Part shown: positions 42,584-53,380 of the stretch, one piece after another | Layout: each line of letters starts with the position of its first letter | Position numbering within the stretch: position 1 is the stretch's first letter | Assembly (NCBI GenBank): GCA_963787125.1 | Contig: CAWBBV010000006.1 | Coordinates: forward strand, 192,001 to 256,000 | DNA length: 64,000 nt | Origin: an uncultured delta proteobacterium | Lineage (GTDB): Bacteria > Desulfobacterota > Desulfuromonadia > Geobacterales > DSM-12255 | Direction: 5' to 3' | Translations under genes and position numbers: made by a program | The notes under the pieces: generated by a model | Databases searched by the model: none | What the model was told of the DNA's origin: nothing | What the model saw: only the letters and a program-made list of their open reading frames with translations

Positions 42584-43658
42584 GGTTCTCGACTACTATC
42601 GCGTGCAGGAGAGTGACAGCCTTTATCTTTTCTGGGCAAAAGAGATCCTGCTGGCGATTCTGATTTTTGCCGCCTTCTGGCTGCTGGCAAAATTCGTCCG
42701 CTATTTTATGACAACCTGGGGGCCGAAATTCACCTCTTTTACCACCACCGACCTGGACGACCGGATTCTTTTGCGGATAACTCCGCCGACCTCCATCATG
42801 GTCGTCTTTGCCGGTCTTTATCTGGCGGTAAAATCGCTGCCGCTTCCTGAAAAAGCCCATCTGGCGGCCTCCGGTGCTCTTTTCATCATCACCATCGCCA
42901 TCCTGACCAACATCCTTTATCGCTCGCTGGATGAAGTTCTGGCATGGTACTCCGGCAGACTTGCCGAAAAAGGTGGCGGCGGGCTCGACCGGCAGGTACT
43001 GCCGCTGGTCGAAAAGCTGGCGACAATCTTTCTGGTCGGCACGGCGCTGATCATCGTCCTCAAACATTTCAACTACGATATACTTTCTCTGGTAACAGCA
43101 CTGGGCATAGGCTCCCTTGCCCTCGGTATGGCGGCAAAAGACACCCTTGCCAACATGATCTCCGGCTTCACTCTGATGATTGACCGCCCTTTCAGGCTGG
43201 GAGACCGCATCCAGCTTGCCGCCGGGCAGGTCGGCGATGTTCAGGATATCGGCCTGAGAAGCACCAAGATCAAGACCCTCGATAATCAGCTGCTGATAAT
43301 TCCCAATTCGGATCTCTGCAACACCATCCTGACCAATCAGGCGTTCCCTGACCTGCGGGCAAAAGCCAGGATCAACCTGGGGGTAGCCTACGGCAGCGAC
43401 GTTGAGCAGGTAAAAAGCCTGCTGACTGCGACGGCGTTTGAGGTCGGGGATGTCCTTCGCGACCCGCCGCCGGAAGCTTATTTCGCCTCCTTCGGTGACA
43501 GTGCCCTGCAGATGGCGCTCTTTTTCTGGGTGGATGAATACACCAAGGTTTTTCCGACCACCGACAAAATTAATTCTCTTCTCATAAAAAGGTTGGGAGA
43601 AGCGGGGGTTGTTATCCCCTTCCCCACCAGCAACGTCCATATTCATAAGGAACAGTAG
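42576..43658 (+). CDS. Small-conductance mechanosensitive channel (MscS family)
   Basis: AKDTLAN...DRPFRLGD...IGLRSTKI...IPN, IPFP. Confidence 0.9.
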   Translation: MNRVLDYYRVQESDSLYLFWAKEILLAILIFAAFWLLAKFVRYFMTTWGPKFTSFTTTDLDDRILLRITPPTSIMVVFAGLYLAVKSLPLPEKAHLAASGALFIITIAILTNILYRSLDEVLAWYSGRLAEKGGGGLDRQVLPLVEKLATIFLVGTALIIVLKHFNYDILSLVTALGIGSLALGMAAKDTLANMISGFTLMIDRPFRLGDRIQLAAGQVGDVQDIGLRSTKIKTLDNQLLIIPNSDLCNTILTNQAFPDLRAKARINLGVAYGSDVEQVKSLLTATAFEVGDVLRDPPPEAYFASFGDSALQMALFFWVDEYTKVFPTTDKINSLLIKRLGEAGVVIPFPTSNVHIHKEQ

Positions 43659-46649
43659 ATGCCAAACAGAATCGAAGTTGCACTCAAAAGCGGTCTGCGC
43701 GATTCGCGCGGAGAGCGGATAAAAAAAGAGATTGAACACCTCCTGCAGCTGAAGGTGGCGGAAGTCAAAAGCATCGATGTTTATACAGTCGACGCGGATC
43801 TTAGCGAAACTGAGCTGGCAGCTGCGGCTTCAGGGCCGTTCAGTGACCCGGTTATCCAGAACTGGAGTATCGATGCCCCGCTGGCAAAAGGCTTTGCTTA
43901 TGCAGTCGAGGTCGGTTTTCGCCCCGGAGTGACCGACAACACCGGTCGCACCGCCCGGGAAGCGGTCGAGTACCTGACGGGGAGAAAATTTGCCCCGACC
44001 GAGGGTGTTTATTACTCGGTGCAGTACCTGATCACCGGCGAACTGTCTGCCGCCGAAGTTGAGCAGATAGCCACCGGCCTCCTCTGCAACGTTCTTATTC
44101 AGCGCTATACGATTCTGTCGGCAGCCGAATTTGCCGCCGGCAAGGGTTTCCCGGTTACTGTCCCCAGGGTGCTGGTGGAGGCAAAAGCCGAGGTCCGGGA
44201 GATTGACCTGGAAGTTGCTGATGAAGAGCTGCTGCGCATCAGTAAAGATGGCGTTCTTGCCCTGACCCTGGAAGAGATGCAGATCATTCAGGCTCACTAC
44301 CGCGACCCTGAAGCAGTTGCCGCAAGGGGTGCTGTCGGTCTCGGCGCAAAGCCTACCGATGTGGAGATCGAGTGTCTGGCACAAACCTGGTCGGAGCACT
44401 GCAAACACAAGATATTCGCCGGCACGGTGCATTACGAAGACGAAACCGGCAAAAAAGAGGAGATCAAATCTCTTTTCAAATCATTCATTCAGCGGACTAC
44501 CAAGGATGTCCGCGCAAAGCTGGGCGAGCGTGATTTCTGTCTTTCCGTTTTCAAGGATAACGCCGGAGTCATCAAGTTCAACGCCGACCATTCCCTGGTT
44601 TTCAAAGTCGAAACTCATAACTCCCCCTCGGCGCTCGACCCGTACGGCGGGGCGCTGACCGGCATTGTCGGCGTCAATCGCGACCCGTTCGGCACCGGCC
44701 AGGGGTCGAAGCTGATCTTTAATACCGATGTCTTCTGCTTTGCCGATCCGTTCTATGCCAAGCCGCTCCCCAAGAGGCTCCTTCACCCGCGGCGAATCTT
44801 TGAAGGGGTTGTGGAAGGGGTGGAACATGGCGGCAACAAAAGCGGCATCCCGACTGTCAACGGTTCGCTGGTTTTTGACGAGCGTTTCTGCGGCAAGCCC
44901 CTGGTTTTCTGCGGTACCGCGGGGATAATGCCTGCCGTACTGAACGGCCAGCCGAGTCACGACAAGTCGATCAAGCCGGGCGACCTGATCGTCATGTCCG
45001 GCGGCAGAATCGGTAAGGACGGCATCCACGGGGCAACCTTCTCCTCTGAGGAGCTGAACGAAAATTCCCCGGTCACCGCAGTCCAGATCGGTGACCCGAT
45101 CACCCAGAAGCGGATGTTCGATTTCCTCATCAGGGCCCGTGACAAAGGGCTCTACAGGTTTATCACCGATAACGGTGCCGGCGGACTCTCCTCCTCCATC
45201 GGCGAGATGGCGGGCGAATGCGGCGGCTGCCGCATGGATCTGGCCAAAGCGCCGCTGAAATATGCCGGCCTCAACCCCTGGGAAATCCTCATCTCTGAAG
45301 CCCAGGAGCGGATGAGCATGGCGGTACCGCCGGAAAATATCGACCGCTTCATGGAGATGTCCAAACAGTTCGGCGTCGAGTCGACTGTCATGGGTGAGTT
45401 TACCGATAACGGCATCTTCCATATTCTTTACGAAGACAAGACCGTTGCCTGGCTCCCCATGGAGTTCATGCACGAAGGGCTGCCGCCGATGCAGCTCCCG
45501 GCCAAGTGGACCCCGCCGGTGTTAACCGAGGTAGAGGTAAAGGTAAAGGATGACTACAGCGACGACCTGAAGCAGCTGCTGGCGGCGCTCAACATCTGCT
45601 CGAAGGAATCTGTGGTGCGGCGCTATGACCACGAAGTTCAGGGTGGCTCGGTTGTCAAGCCGTTCACCGGCGTCAATAACGACGGCCCTTCGGACGCTGC
45701 GGTTGTCCGCCCGCTCCTCGACTCCTTTGAAGGGGTTGTCACCGCCCACGGCATCTGTCCCCGCTACTCCGACATCGACACCTACGACATGACCGCCAAC
45801 GCGGTGGACGAAGCACTGCGCAACTATGTGGCAGTTGGCGGTTCGCTTGAGCTGGTGGCCGGTCTGGACAATTTCTGCTGGTGCGATCCGGTTCTTTCCG
45901 ACAAGACTCCGGACGGCGATTACAAGATGGCCCAGCTGGTCCGCTCCAATCAGGCGCTCTACGACATCTGTATGGAGTACAACCTGCCGCTGATCTCCGG
46001 CAAAGACTCCATGAAGAACGATTTCTACGACGGCACGGTAAAGATCTCCATCCCTCCAACCCTGCTCTTCTCGGTTATCGGCAAGATTGACGACGCCAGA
46101 AAAGCGGTCACCATGGACCTGAAAAAAGCTGGTGACCTGGTCTACCTGCTTGGAGCGACAGCAGATGAGCTTGGCGGCTCCGAATACTTCGCCCTGCAAG
46201 GGGCACTCGGGGTCAGAGTGCCGAAGGTTGATCCAAAGAATGCCTACAGCCGCTATCAGGCGTACCACCAGGCGGTTAATGCCGGACTGGTAGCCTCCTG
46301 TCATGACCTCTCCGATGGCGGCCTCGCTGTTGCTGCCGCCGAATCCGCCTTTGCCGGTGGTTTCGGGATAGATATGGATCTGGCAAAAATTATCTGGAAA
46401 GGTGATAGCGCCGGTAAAACCGATGCGACGCTCCTCTTCTCCGAATCAGCCTCACGGCATCTGGTCACCATCCACCCGGAGCAGCAGGCAGCCTTTGAAA
46501 CAATCATGAAAGGCCACAGCTTGGCCGCTATCGGCATAGTAACTGTGAAGCAGTCCGTCACCGTCACCGGCAGCAACGGCGGCTGTGTGATTAACAGTGG
46601 ACTGACAGAGCTTAAAGAGGCCTGGCAGAAAACCCTCCGGGAGTTGTAA
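43659..46649 (+). CDS. purL: Phosphoribosylformylglycinamidine synthase (PurS-like plus PurL domains)
   Basis: WSEHCKHK, KVETHNSPS, DNGAGG, SEAQERM, SGKDS, HDLSDGG. Confidence 0.95.
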   Translation: MPNRIEVALKSGLRDSRGERIKKEIEHLLQLKVAEVKSIDVYTVDADLSETELAAAASGPFSDPVIQNWSIDAPLAKGFAYAVEVGFRPGVTDNTGRTAREAVEYLTGRKFAPTEGVYYSVQYLITGELSAAEVEQIATGLLCNVLIQRYTILSAAEFAAGKGFPVTVPRVLVEAKAEVREIDLEVADEELLRISKDGVLALTLEEMQIIQAHYRDPEAVAARGAVGLGAKPTDVEIECLAQTWSEHCKHKIFAGTVHYEDETGKKEEIKSLFKSFIQRTTKDVRAKLGERDFCLSVFKDNAGVIKFNADHSLVFKVETHNSPSALDPYGGALTGIVGVNRDPFGTGQGSKLIFNTDVFCFADPFYAKPLPKRLLHPRRIFEGVVEGVEHGGNKSGIPTVNGSLVFDERFCGKPLVFCGTAGIMPAVLNGQPSHDKSIKPGDLIVMSGGRIGKDGIHGATFSSEELNENSPVTAVQIGDPITQKRMFDFLIRARDKGLYRFITDNGAGGLSSSIGEMAGECGGCRMDLAKAPLKYAGLNPWEILISEAQERMSMAVPPENIDRFMEMSKQFGVESTVMGEFTDNGIFHILYEDKTVAWLPMEFMHEGLPPMQLPAKWTPPVLTEVEVKVKDDYSDDLKQLLAALNICSKESVVRRYDHEVQGGSVVKPFTGVNNDGPSDAAVVRPLLDSFEGVVTAHGICPRYSDIDTYDMTANAVDEALRNYVAVGGSLELVAGLDNFCWCDPVLSDKTPDGDYKMAQLVRSNQALYDICMEYNLPLISGKDSMKNDFYDGTVKISIPPTLLFSVIGKIDDARKAVTMDLKKAGDLVYLLGATADELGGSEYFALQGALGVRVPKVDPKNAYSRYQAYHQAVNAGLVASCHDLSDGGLAVAAAESAFAGGFGIDMDLAKIIWKGDSAGKTDATLLFSESASRHLVTIHPEQQAAFETIMKGHSLAAIGIVTVKQSVTVTGSNGGCVINSGLTELKEAWQKTLREL

Positions 46650-46652
46650 TAA

Positions 46653-47060
46653 ATGCCCGCAGTTGAACTAAAATCAGCCGATAATCCCATCGGTTTCAGA
46701 AAGCTGATCGGTCTGAAAGCGAAGCACGCTGCGGACGGTTATGCCGCCATGGAACTGACGATCTCTGCCGAGCACCTGAACAGCCTCGGTGCCCTGCACG
46801 GCGGCATTATCGCCACCATGATCGATCACTGTGGCGGTAATGCCGGCTGTATCTGCCCAAATACCGGCTCACGGAGAAAAGCTGTGACCCTCTCCCTGAC
46901 AACCAGCTTTCTGGCGCCGGTATCCAGCGGGACGGTTACCGCCACCAGTCGCAAACGACCGGGCGGCCGCCGTATTTTTGTTTCGACAACAGAAGTGACC
47001 GACGAAAACGGCATGCTGATTGCCGTAGGAGAAGCAACCTACCGCTACATCGACCCTTGA
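46653..47060 (+). CDS. PaaI family thioesterase
   Basis: HLNSLGALHGGIIATMID hot-dog motif. Confidence 0.88.
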   Translation: MPAVELKSADNPIGFRKLIGLKAKHAADGYAAMELTISAEHLNSLGALHGGIIATMIDHCGGNAGCICPNTGSRRKAVTLSLTTSFLAPVSSGTVTATSRKRPGGRRIFVSTTEVTDENGMLIAVGEATYRYIDP

Positions 47061-47073
47061 TAACCCGGACTTT

Positions 47074-47775
47074 TTGATGGAACTGATTTTTGATGGCATA
47101 AAAACCGCGCTGGCGCTGATATTCTCTCTGGATGCCGAAGTCTTTGCCGTGACGCTTCTCTCCCTGAAGGTCTCTTCGCTGGCCACCTTGATCAGCCTTT
47201 TTACCGGCTTACCCGTCGGTGTATTTCTTGCGCTCTCAAACTTTCCCGGCAGACGTTTCATCATCAGTCTGGTCAACACCGGCATGGGGCTCCCGCCGGT
47301 TGTTGTCGGGCTCTTTATCACTATCTTCCTCTGGCGCAACGGCCCCTTGGGCTTTCTGGAAATCCTCTACACACCGGCGGCCATGATCCTTGCCCAGGCG
47401 GTGATAGCCGCACCGATAGTCACCGGCATCACCATCGCTTCCATCCAGCAACTCCCCGCCAATCTTAAACTTCAGGTAAGAGCACTGGGTGCTACCCGCC
47501 TGCAGACTGTCTGGATACTTGTCCGGGAAGCAAGGCTGCCGCTCCTGGCAGCGGTGATGGCCGGCTTTGGCGGGGTAATTTCCGAAGTTGGCGCCTCCAT
47601 CATGGTCGGCGGCAACATCAAAGGTCAGACCAGGGTCCTGACAACCGCAACGGTCATGGAGAGTGGCAAGGGTAATTTTGAAACAGCAATCGCCCTTTCC
47701 TTAATCCTCCTGACTCTTACCTTCGGCATAAATTACTTTTTGACACTGATCCAACAGCGCGAGCGACCCCGATGA
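47074..47775 (+). CDS. Tungstate-type ABC transporter permease (TupB-like)
   Basis: GLPPVVVGL, SEVGASIMVGGNIKGQTRVLTT. Confidence 0.85.
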   Translation: MMELIFDGIKTALALIFSLDAEVFAVTLLSLKVSSLATLISLFTGLPVGVFLALSNFPGRRFIISLVNTGMGLPPVVVGLFITIFLWRNGPLGFLEILYTPAAMILAQAVIAAPIVTGITIASIQQLPANLKLQVRALGATRLQTVWILVREARLPLLAAVMAGFGGVISEVGASIMVGGNIKGQTRVLTTATVMESGKGNFETAIALSLILLTLTFGINYFLTLIQQRERPR

Positions 47776-48518
47776 GCGCGCAGAATCAACTTCTCACTGT
47801 TCAAGGACTCCGCATAGTCCGTGGTGGGGTTCAGGTACTTGACGTCGAAAGTTTTGGCATCTGCCGTGAAGAGAAGGTCGCCGTAATCGCCCCCAATGGC
47901 GGCGGCAAATCAAGCCTGCTCCTTGCCCTCGCCAGCCTTATCCCAAGAGAAAGCGGCGCCTTGATCTTTAATGGCGCAGAGGTGACAAGCAGTGGCGAAA
48001 CCGGCTTCAGACGGCGGATTGCCATGCTCTTTCAGGAACCGCTGCTTTTCGATACAACCGTTATTGACAATGTGGCTGAGGGTTTGCGCATCAGGGGGGT
48101 AAAGCGAAACGAAGCCCGGGAGCGGGCAATAGAAGGTCTGGAACTTTTCAAGATAGGTCATCTGGCAAAACGCTCTGCCCACAAACTCTCGGGTGGCGAA
48201 GCCCAGCGGGTCAGCCTGGCACGGGCCTTTGCGGTAAAACCCGAACTCATCCTGATGGATGAACCGTTTTCCAGTCTCGACCTCCCGACGCGGATCATCC
48301 TGGCCGAAGAACTTGGCGAGATCCTCCATAAATCAGGAACTGCAGCGATCATCGCCACCCACGACCGGATTGAGGCGCTACGGGTGGTGGAGAGGCTGGT
48401 TGTCCTTGATTCCGGAAGGATTGTACAGGAGGGGACGCCACAGGAAGTTATGGAGAACCCGGCAAACTCTTTTGTGGCTGCGTTCAAACGGACCAGCTAT
48501 TCTATGCCGGTTCACTAA
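47772..48518 (+). CDS. ABC transporter ATP-binding protein (TupC-like)
   Basis: PNGGGKS, LSGGE, LMDEPF. Confidence 0.88.
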   Translation: MSAQNQLLTVQGLRIVRGGVQVLDVESFGICREEKVAVIAPNGGGKSSLLLALASLIPRESGALIFNGAEVTSSGETGFRRRIAMLFQEPLLFDTTVIDNVAEGLRIRGVKRNEARERAIEGLELFKIGHLAKRSAHKLSGGEAQRVSLARAFAVKPELILMDEPFSSLDLPTRIILAEELGEILHKSGTAAIIATHDRIEALRVVERLVVLDSGRIVQEGTPQEVMENPANSFVAAFKRTSYSMPVH

Positions 48519-49092
48519 GCTCAACCCACCGGAAACAGTCGTGAGTATGATCATTAACCATTCCCACCGCCTGCATAAAAGCGTAACAGATTGTCGGCCC
48601 GACAAACTTGAAGCCGCGCTTTTTCAACTCCCGGCTCATCTGCTCTGACTCAGCAGTGCTGGCCGGGAGATCGGCGTGACTGGCCCAACAGTTCTGCAGC
48701 GTCACTCCGCCGGTAAAACTCCAGATATAGCTGTCAAAGCTGCCGAACTCCGTCTGAACCTGCAAAAACGCCCTGGCATTGGTAATCGCTGCCCCGATCT
48801 TGAGGCGGTTTCTGACAATGCTGGCATTACCCATAAGCAGAGCGACTTTTTCATCGTCAAAGGCAGCAACTGCTGCAGCTTCAAATTTATCGAAAGCCAG
48901 CCTGTAAGCCTCTCTTTTTCTTAAAACAGTAATCCATGACAGTCCGGCCTGGGCCCCCTCCAGGATCAGAAACTCGAACAGTAGCCGGTCGTCATGGATC
49001 GGCACGCCCCACTCACTGTCGTGATACTGGCAGTAAAGCGGGTCGCTGCCTGCCCAGCCGCAGCGGACAGGCGATTGCAGAGAATTATTCAT
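48502..49092 (-). CDS. tag: DNA-3-methyladenine glycosylase I
   Basis: RCGW, YHDSEWG, LEGAQAGLSW, GMVNDH. Confidence 0.95.
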   Translation of the reverse strand: MNNSLQSPVRCGWAGSDPLYCQYHDSEWGVPIHDDRLLFEFLILEGAQAGLSWITVLRKREAYRLAFDKFEAAAVAAFDDEKVALLMGNASIVRNRLKIGAAITNARAFLQVQTEFGSFDSYIWSFTGGVTLQNCWASHADLPASTAESEQMSRELKKRGFKFVGPTICYAFMQAVGMVNDHTHDCFRWVELSEPA

Positions 49093-49138
49093 CAGTCCCC
49101 CCTTTCAAAGTCGTTGTTGACCGAACAAATCAAGCGTA

Positions 49139-50350
49139 TCACAAGCACCCCACCGGCACCGAACGCACCGCCGGCCCAAGCGGCAACGATTGCGTCGCCA
49201 GACAGATAACAGCGCCAGGACCGACCGGCATCTTCAGGTTTGCCAATACCCCAAAGTTGCGAATATCACCCATGCCCGGCGATGCGCTCTTTTTGCACTC
49301 CAGCGGATAGATCGTCCCGTCCTGTATTATCAGCAGGTCGATCTCTTTTTTATCCTTGTCGCGATAGTAGAAAAACGGCGCCTGACGGCCATTGTGCCAG
49401 TAGCTCTTCAGCAGTTCGCCGATGATCCAGGTTTCCAGGATGGCGCCGGACATGGCCCCCGACTCAAGGGTTTCCGGGGTAGACCACTGGGTAAGGTAGG
49501 CGCAAAGGCCGGTATCCAGGAAGTACAGCTTGGGGGTTTTCACCAAACGTTTGGTCAGGTTGGAATGGTACGGTTCCAGCAGATAGACAATGCCGGAGGC
49601 CTGGAGGATGGAAAGCCAGCTCTTGGCGGTGTTGAAGGCCACGTCGGCGTCGCGCGCCAGGTCGGCCATGTTGAGCAGCTGACCGGTGCGGGCAGCCGCG
49701 GCTCGGAGGAAACGGAGAAAGGCCATTTCATCCCCCACACGGGCCAGGTCGCGGATGTCGCGTTGCAGATAGGTCTGAATATAGGAGCTGTAGAACAGGT
49801 CGCGGTCACCCTGTTCGCTCAAGGCGATGGCCGGGAATGAGCCGCGCCAGATCAGGCGATACAGCTCCATCAGATCGAGGTGGGAGCTGGGTTCGGTCTC
49901 ATCCGGCAGCGGGAGAAATGGCCGGGAGGTTTCCCCGCAGCCAAGCAGTTCACGGCGGGAGAAGCCGAGAAGCTGGAGCACCCCAACCCGCCCGGCCAGG
50001 GATTCCGACACTCCCCGCATCATCTGAAACTGCTGGGAACCGGTCAGCCAGAAGAGATTGGGCGAGCGGCGCTGGTCGCAGGCCATCTTGATATAGGGGA
50101 GCAGTTCGGGAGCGTACTGGATTTCGTCGATCAGTACCGGTGGCGGAAAACGCTGCATGAAGAGGGCCGGGTCGCTTTTGGCAAGGGCGAGCACCAGCGG
50201 GTCATCCAGGGTGACGTAGGTTCGCTCCGGTTCGCTTACCCTGCGCAGAAAGGTTGTCTTGCCGACCTGGCGGGCACCGGTGACCAGCAATACCGGGAAT
50301 TGCCGGGAAGCTTCCTTGAACCAGTTTTCGAGAGTGCGGGTGAGATACAT
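49139..50350 (-). CDS. AAA_14 ATPase with DUF4143 domain
   Basis: GARQVGKT, IDEIQ, ESLAGR, KLYFLDTG, EIDL. Confidence 0.9.
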   Translation of the reverse strand: MYLTRTLENWFKEASRQFPVLLVTGARQVGKTTFLRRVSEPERTYVTLDDPLVLALAKSDPALFMQRFPPPVLIDEIQYAPELLPYIKMACDQRRSPNLFWLTGSQQFQMMRGVSESLAGRVGVLQLLGFSRRELLGCGETSRPFLPLPDETEPSSHLDLMELYRLIWRGSFPAIALSEQGDRDLFYSSYIQTYLQRDIRDLARVGDEMAFLRFLRAAAARTGQLLNMADLARDADVAFNTAKSWLSILQASGIVYLLEPYHSNLTKRLVKTPKLYFLDTGLCAYLTQWSTPETLESGAMSGAILETWIIGELLKSYWHNGRQAPFFYYRDKDKKEIDLLIIQDGTIYPLECKKSASPGMGDIRNFGVLANLKMPVGPGAVICLATQSLPLGPAVRSVPVGCL

Positions 50351-50585
50351 GGAAAGCCACCTATCGTCTGAATTGCATAGTGATTGCAATATAGACGATG
50401 GATGGTTATTTTGTCAATGGTTTTAGCGGGATAGGTGAGGTGTGTTCTCTTTAAACAAATCAGACCTTCAACAGATAAATCCGCCAGGACATGGAAAAGC
50501 CATGCCGTGGAGTACGTACCACTTTGAGGAGCGGTTCAGGCTGCTGTCATATATCATCTGAAGGTAAGTTCATTTGTTGGCCTAT

Positions 50586-51093
50586 TTATTCCCCATTCGC
50601 CGTAGAAAGTTCCGCCTGCTTCAAGACAAGCTGAGTCGCATCTTCTGAAAGATCAGGCGGGTAGCCATACCGTGCCAACAGCCGCCGCACCTGCCGCCGT
50701 AAATCGGCACGGACCGACTCGCGTTGCGACCAGTCCAGCTTGGGCAAGCGCTTTACCATCTCCGCAAGTTCACGCGCCATCAGACGCAGCTTATCGCTCT
50801 CCATTGCCTGGCGTGCCGATTCGTTCTCGGCGATGGCATCATAGAACGCCGCTTCATCGGTGCTGAGGCCGAGCTTCCGACCGTGGTTTTGTACCTCGCG
50901 TACCCACTTCGCAAGATCCAGCAGCCGGGTAATCATCTCGGCAGTCGTAATGGCCTTATTCGTATAGCGTACCATCGCCTCTTCAAGGGCTTCGCGGAAC
51001 TTCTTGCTCTGCACGAGATTGGTTCGCTCGGTGCTGCGAATCTGGTCGGTAAGAAGTTTGCGCAGCGTCTCCAGTGCCAGGTTCTTTTGCTTG
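50586..51093 (-). pseudogene. Type I restriction HsdR C-terminal fragment (DUF3387-like)
   Basis: KNLALETLRKLL...LGLSTDEAAFYDA...DWSQRESVRA...YGYPPD; no N-terminus. Confidence 0.8.
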
Positions 51094-51111
51094 AAAGGAG
51101 AAAGGCATATA

Positions 51112-51315
51112 TGTAATTGAGATCATTACTTTTATAATTGTGTGCGGTTGTACTTGTGTTGAGGAAAAGTTGTTTATTTGCTGTAGGTTAGATTCACATT
51201 CTCGCTGAAAAAGCTCTATATTGCTTACGAAAGCTATTTTTATAATTCGGGGTAAAAAATGGCTGATTCGGGCTGTTGTGTGTGTTTGCGAAAAACATTT
51301 TTATAATTGTGTCGC
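51112..51315 (+). repeat. Putative prophage left end with three transposase-binding repeats
   Basis: TGTAATTGA at 51112; TTTTATAATT(G/C) cores at ~51130, ~51238, ~51299. Confidence 0.65.
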
Positions 51316-51825
51316 TGGGAGGGTTGTAGCGTTTAAAAATCTGCAAATATCATTTAAACGCCCTTTTCATGCCATTTAAAAAGAGATCACACTCGGAGGC
51401 TGTCAACAGCGCTCAAGGTGAAGGAAGTGAGCGCCGTCGAAAATCGAATGCAGAGCCGCTGTTGTCAATGAGCAGGGAACAAAAGACGCGGGGAGCGTGC
51501 TAAAACAGCTGAAATAAAGTTAAATCAGCGCGAATGCTGCGCTCTAATACAAGAGTTTGCTTTTATAAGCTGATTTTATTTGTACCGGAACCATATATCT
51601 TCGGGCAAAGCATACATGCTTTTTGATATTCAGACGTTGCGGATGCATATTCCGGAGGAATCCGACCATGATTCCGGCGTGAAACCGACCGCTATTCCGA
51701 TTTGAAACCGACCAACATTCCGCTGGCAATCCGACCAGCGTTCCGGAATGAATCCGACCAACAGTTTGTAGTCGCAAGGTAACTCAACAGCGTATTGTAC
51801 CCCTCATTTATTTGAGGAGGTCACA

Positions 51826-53367
51826 ATGCCGCAGAATCGAGTTACTATGCGTAAAATCCGAGAGATACTCCGTCTTGCCTGGTCTTGCAATCAGACCAGA
51901 CAATCCATTTCCGACAGTTGCGGTATCGGCAAGACAACCGTCACCGATACTCTATACCGGGCTTCTGCTGCCGGTCTGTCCTATCCCTTGCCAGCCGACC
52001 TCGATGATGAACGGCTGGAACGCCTTCTCTATCCTCAACATCCTCGTGCCATAACCAGTAGGCGGACACCTCCCGACTGGGCATCCCTGCATAACGAACT
52101 ACTCTCCCACAAGAACCTGACGCTGATGCTTCTATGGCAAGAGTATAAGGAACGGGAGCCATCCGGTTACCAGTACAGTCAGTTCTGTGACCTGTTCCGG
52201 TTCTGGCGTGGCAAACTCGACCTGTCCATGCGTCAGGAACATCGTGCCGGCGAGAAGATGTTCGTGGACTACTGTGGTCAGACTATTCCGATTGTTGACT
52301 CGAGCACCGGAGAGATACGTGACGCTCAGGTGTTTGTTGCGGTCATGGGAGCCAGCAACTACACCTATGCCGAAACCACATGGAGCCAGTCCCTTGCTGA
52401 TTGGACTGGTTCACATGTCAGAACATTCTCCTACTTCGGTGCCGTTCCTCATTGTCTCGTTCCAGATAATTTACTGTCTGGTGTCACCAAGACCTGCCGA
52501 TATGAACCTGGCATCAATGTCACCTATCAGGAAATGGCGACTCATTACGGCACCGCTGTTGTTCCCGCCCGTGTCCGCAAACCACGAGACAAGCCCAAGG
52601 TAGAAGCCGGTGTCCAGTTCGTGCAGCGGTTCATCCTTGCCGGTTTACGACATCACACCTTCTTCAGTCTGGCAGAAGCGAATGCTGCCATCAAAGAACG
52701 GCTGGAACTTCTGAACAACCGTCCCTTCAGGAAACTTCCCGGTACCCGCAAGAGTCGGTTCGAGGAACTTGACCGTCCGGCAATGCTGCCACTGCCGGAA
52801 CTCCCTTACCAGTATGCCCAATGGAAGATTGCCAGAGTGCACATTGATTACCATGTCGATGTGGAAGGGCATTTCTACAGTGTGCCGTACAGACTGGTAC
52901 GGGAACAGGTCGATGTTCGCTACACGTCTGCTACTGTGGAGTGTTTCCATAAGGGAAATCGTATCGCCTCGCATCCTCGCTCGTTTGTAAAAGGGAAACA
53001 CACCACTGACCCCGAGCATATGCCAACAGCCCACCGGGAGTATGCTGAGTGGACTCCGGAACGCCTCGTCACCTGGGCATCCCAGACCGGCAAGGCAACG
53101 GCGGCGGTTGTAGAATCCATTCTCTCCAGAAGAGCCTATGCGGAACATGGCTTTCGTTCCTGTATGGGAATCATCTCCCTTGGTAAAAAGTTCGGCAAGG
53201 AACGACTGGAAGCAGCCTGTGAACGTGCCCTGTTCATAAAAGGGATTAGTTACGCCAGCATCAAGTCGATTCTGAATAATAACCTTGACCAGAAACCTCT
53301 CCCCAAACAACAGGAACTGCTGACCGTTACCCACGATAACATTCGTGGTACGGATTATTACGGATGA
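51826..53367 (+). CDS. istA: IS21 transposase
   Basis: HRAGEKMFVDY, VPDNL, PRDKPKVE. Confidence 0.95.
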   Translation: MPQNRVTMRKIREILRLAWSCNQTRQSISDSCGIGKTTVTDTLYRASAAGLSYPLPADLDDERLERLLYPQHPRAITSRRTPPDWASLHNELLSHKNLTLMLLWQEYKEREPSGYQYSQFCDLFRFWRGKLDLSMRQEHRAGEKMFVDYCGQTIPIVDSSTGEIRDAQVFVAVMGASNYTYAETTWSQSLADWTGSHVRTFSYFGAVPHCLVPDNLLSGVTKTCRYEPGINVTYQEMATHYGTAVVPARVRKPRDKPKVEAGVQFVQRFILAGLRHHTFFSLAEANAAIKERLELLNNRPFRKLPGTRKSRFEELDRPAMLPLPELPYQYAQWKIARVHIDYHVDVEGHFYSVPYRLVREQVDVRYTSATVECFHKGNRIASHPRSFVKGKHTTDPEHMPTAHREYAEWTPERLVTWASQTGKATAAVVESILSRRAYAEHGFRSCMGIISLGKKFGKERLEAACERALFIKGISYASIKSILNNNLDQKPLPKQQELLTVTHDNIRGTDYYG

Positions 53368-53380
53368 ACAAAGGAACCCC

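Noticed and set aside
43659..46649. PurL lacking a glutaminase domain, with no adjacent purQ
   Set aside because: A split PurL/PurQ arrangement is ordinary; purQ is probably elsewhere.
47074..48518. ABC permease and ATPase without a binding protein
   Set aside because: The binding-protein gene is commonly encoded elsewhere; unremarkable.
51644..51770. Regularly spaced TTCCG...CCGACC repeats resembling a mini-CRISPR
   Set aside because: They are IS21 terminal repeats mirrored at 55020-55113; there are no unique spacers or cas genes.
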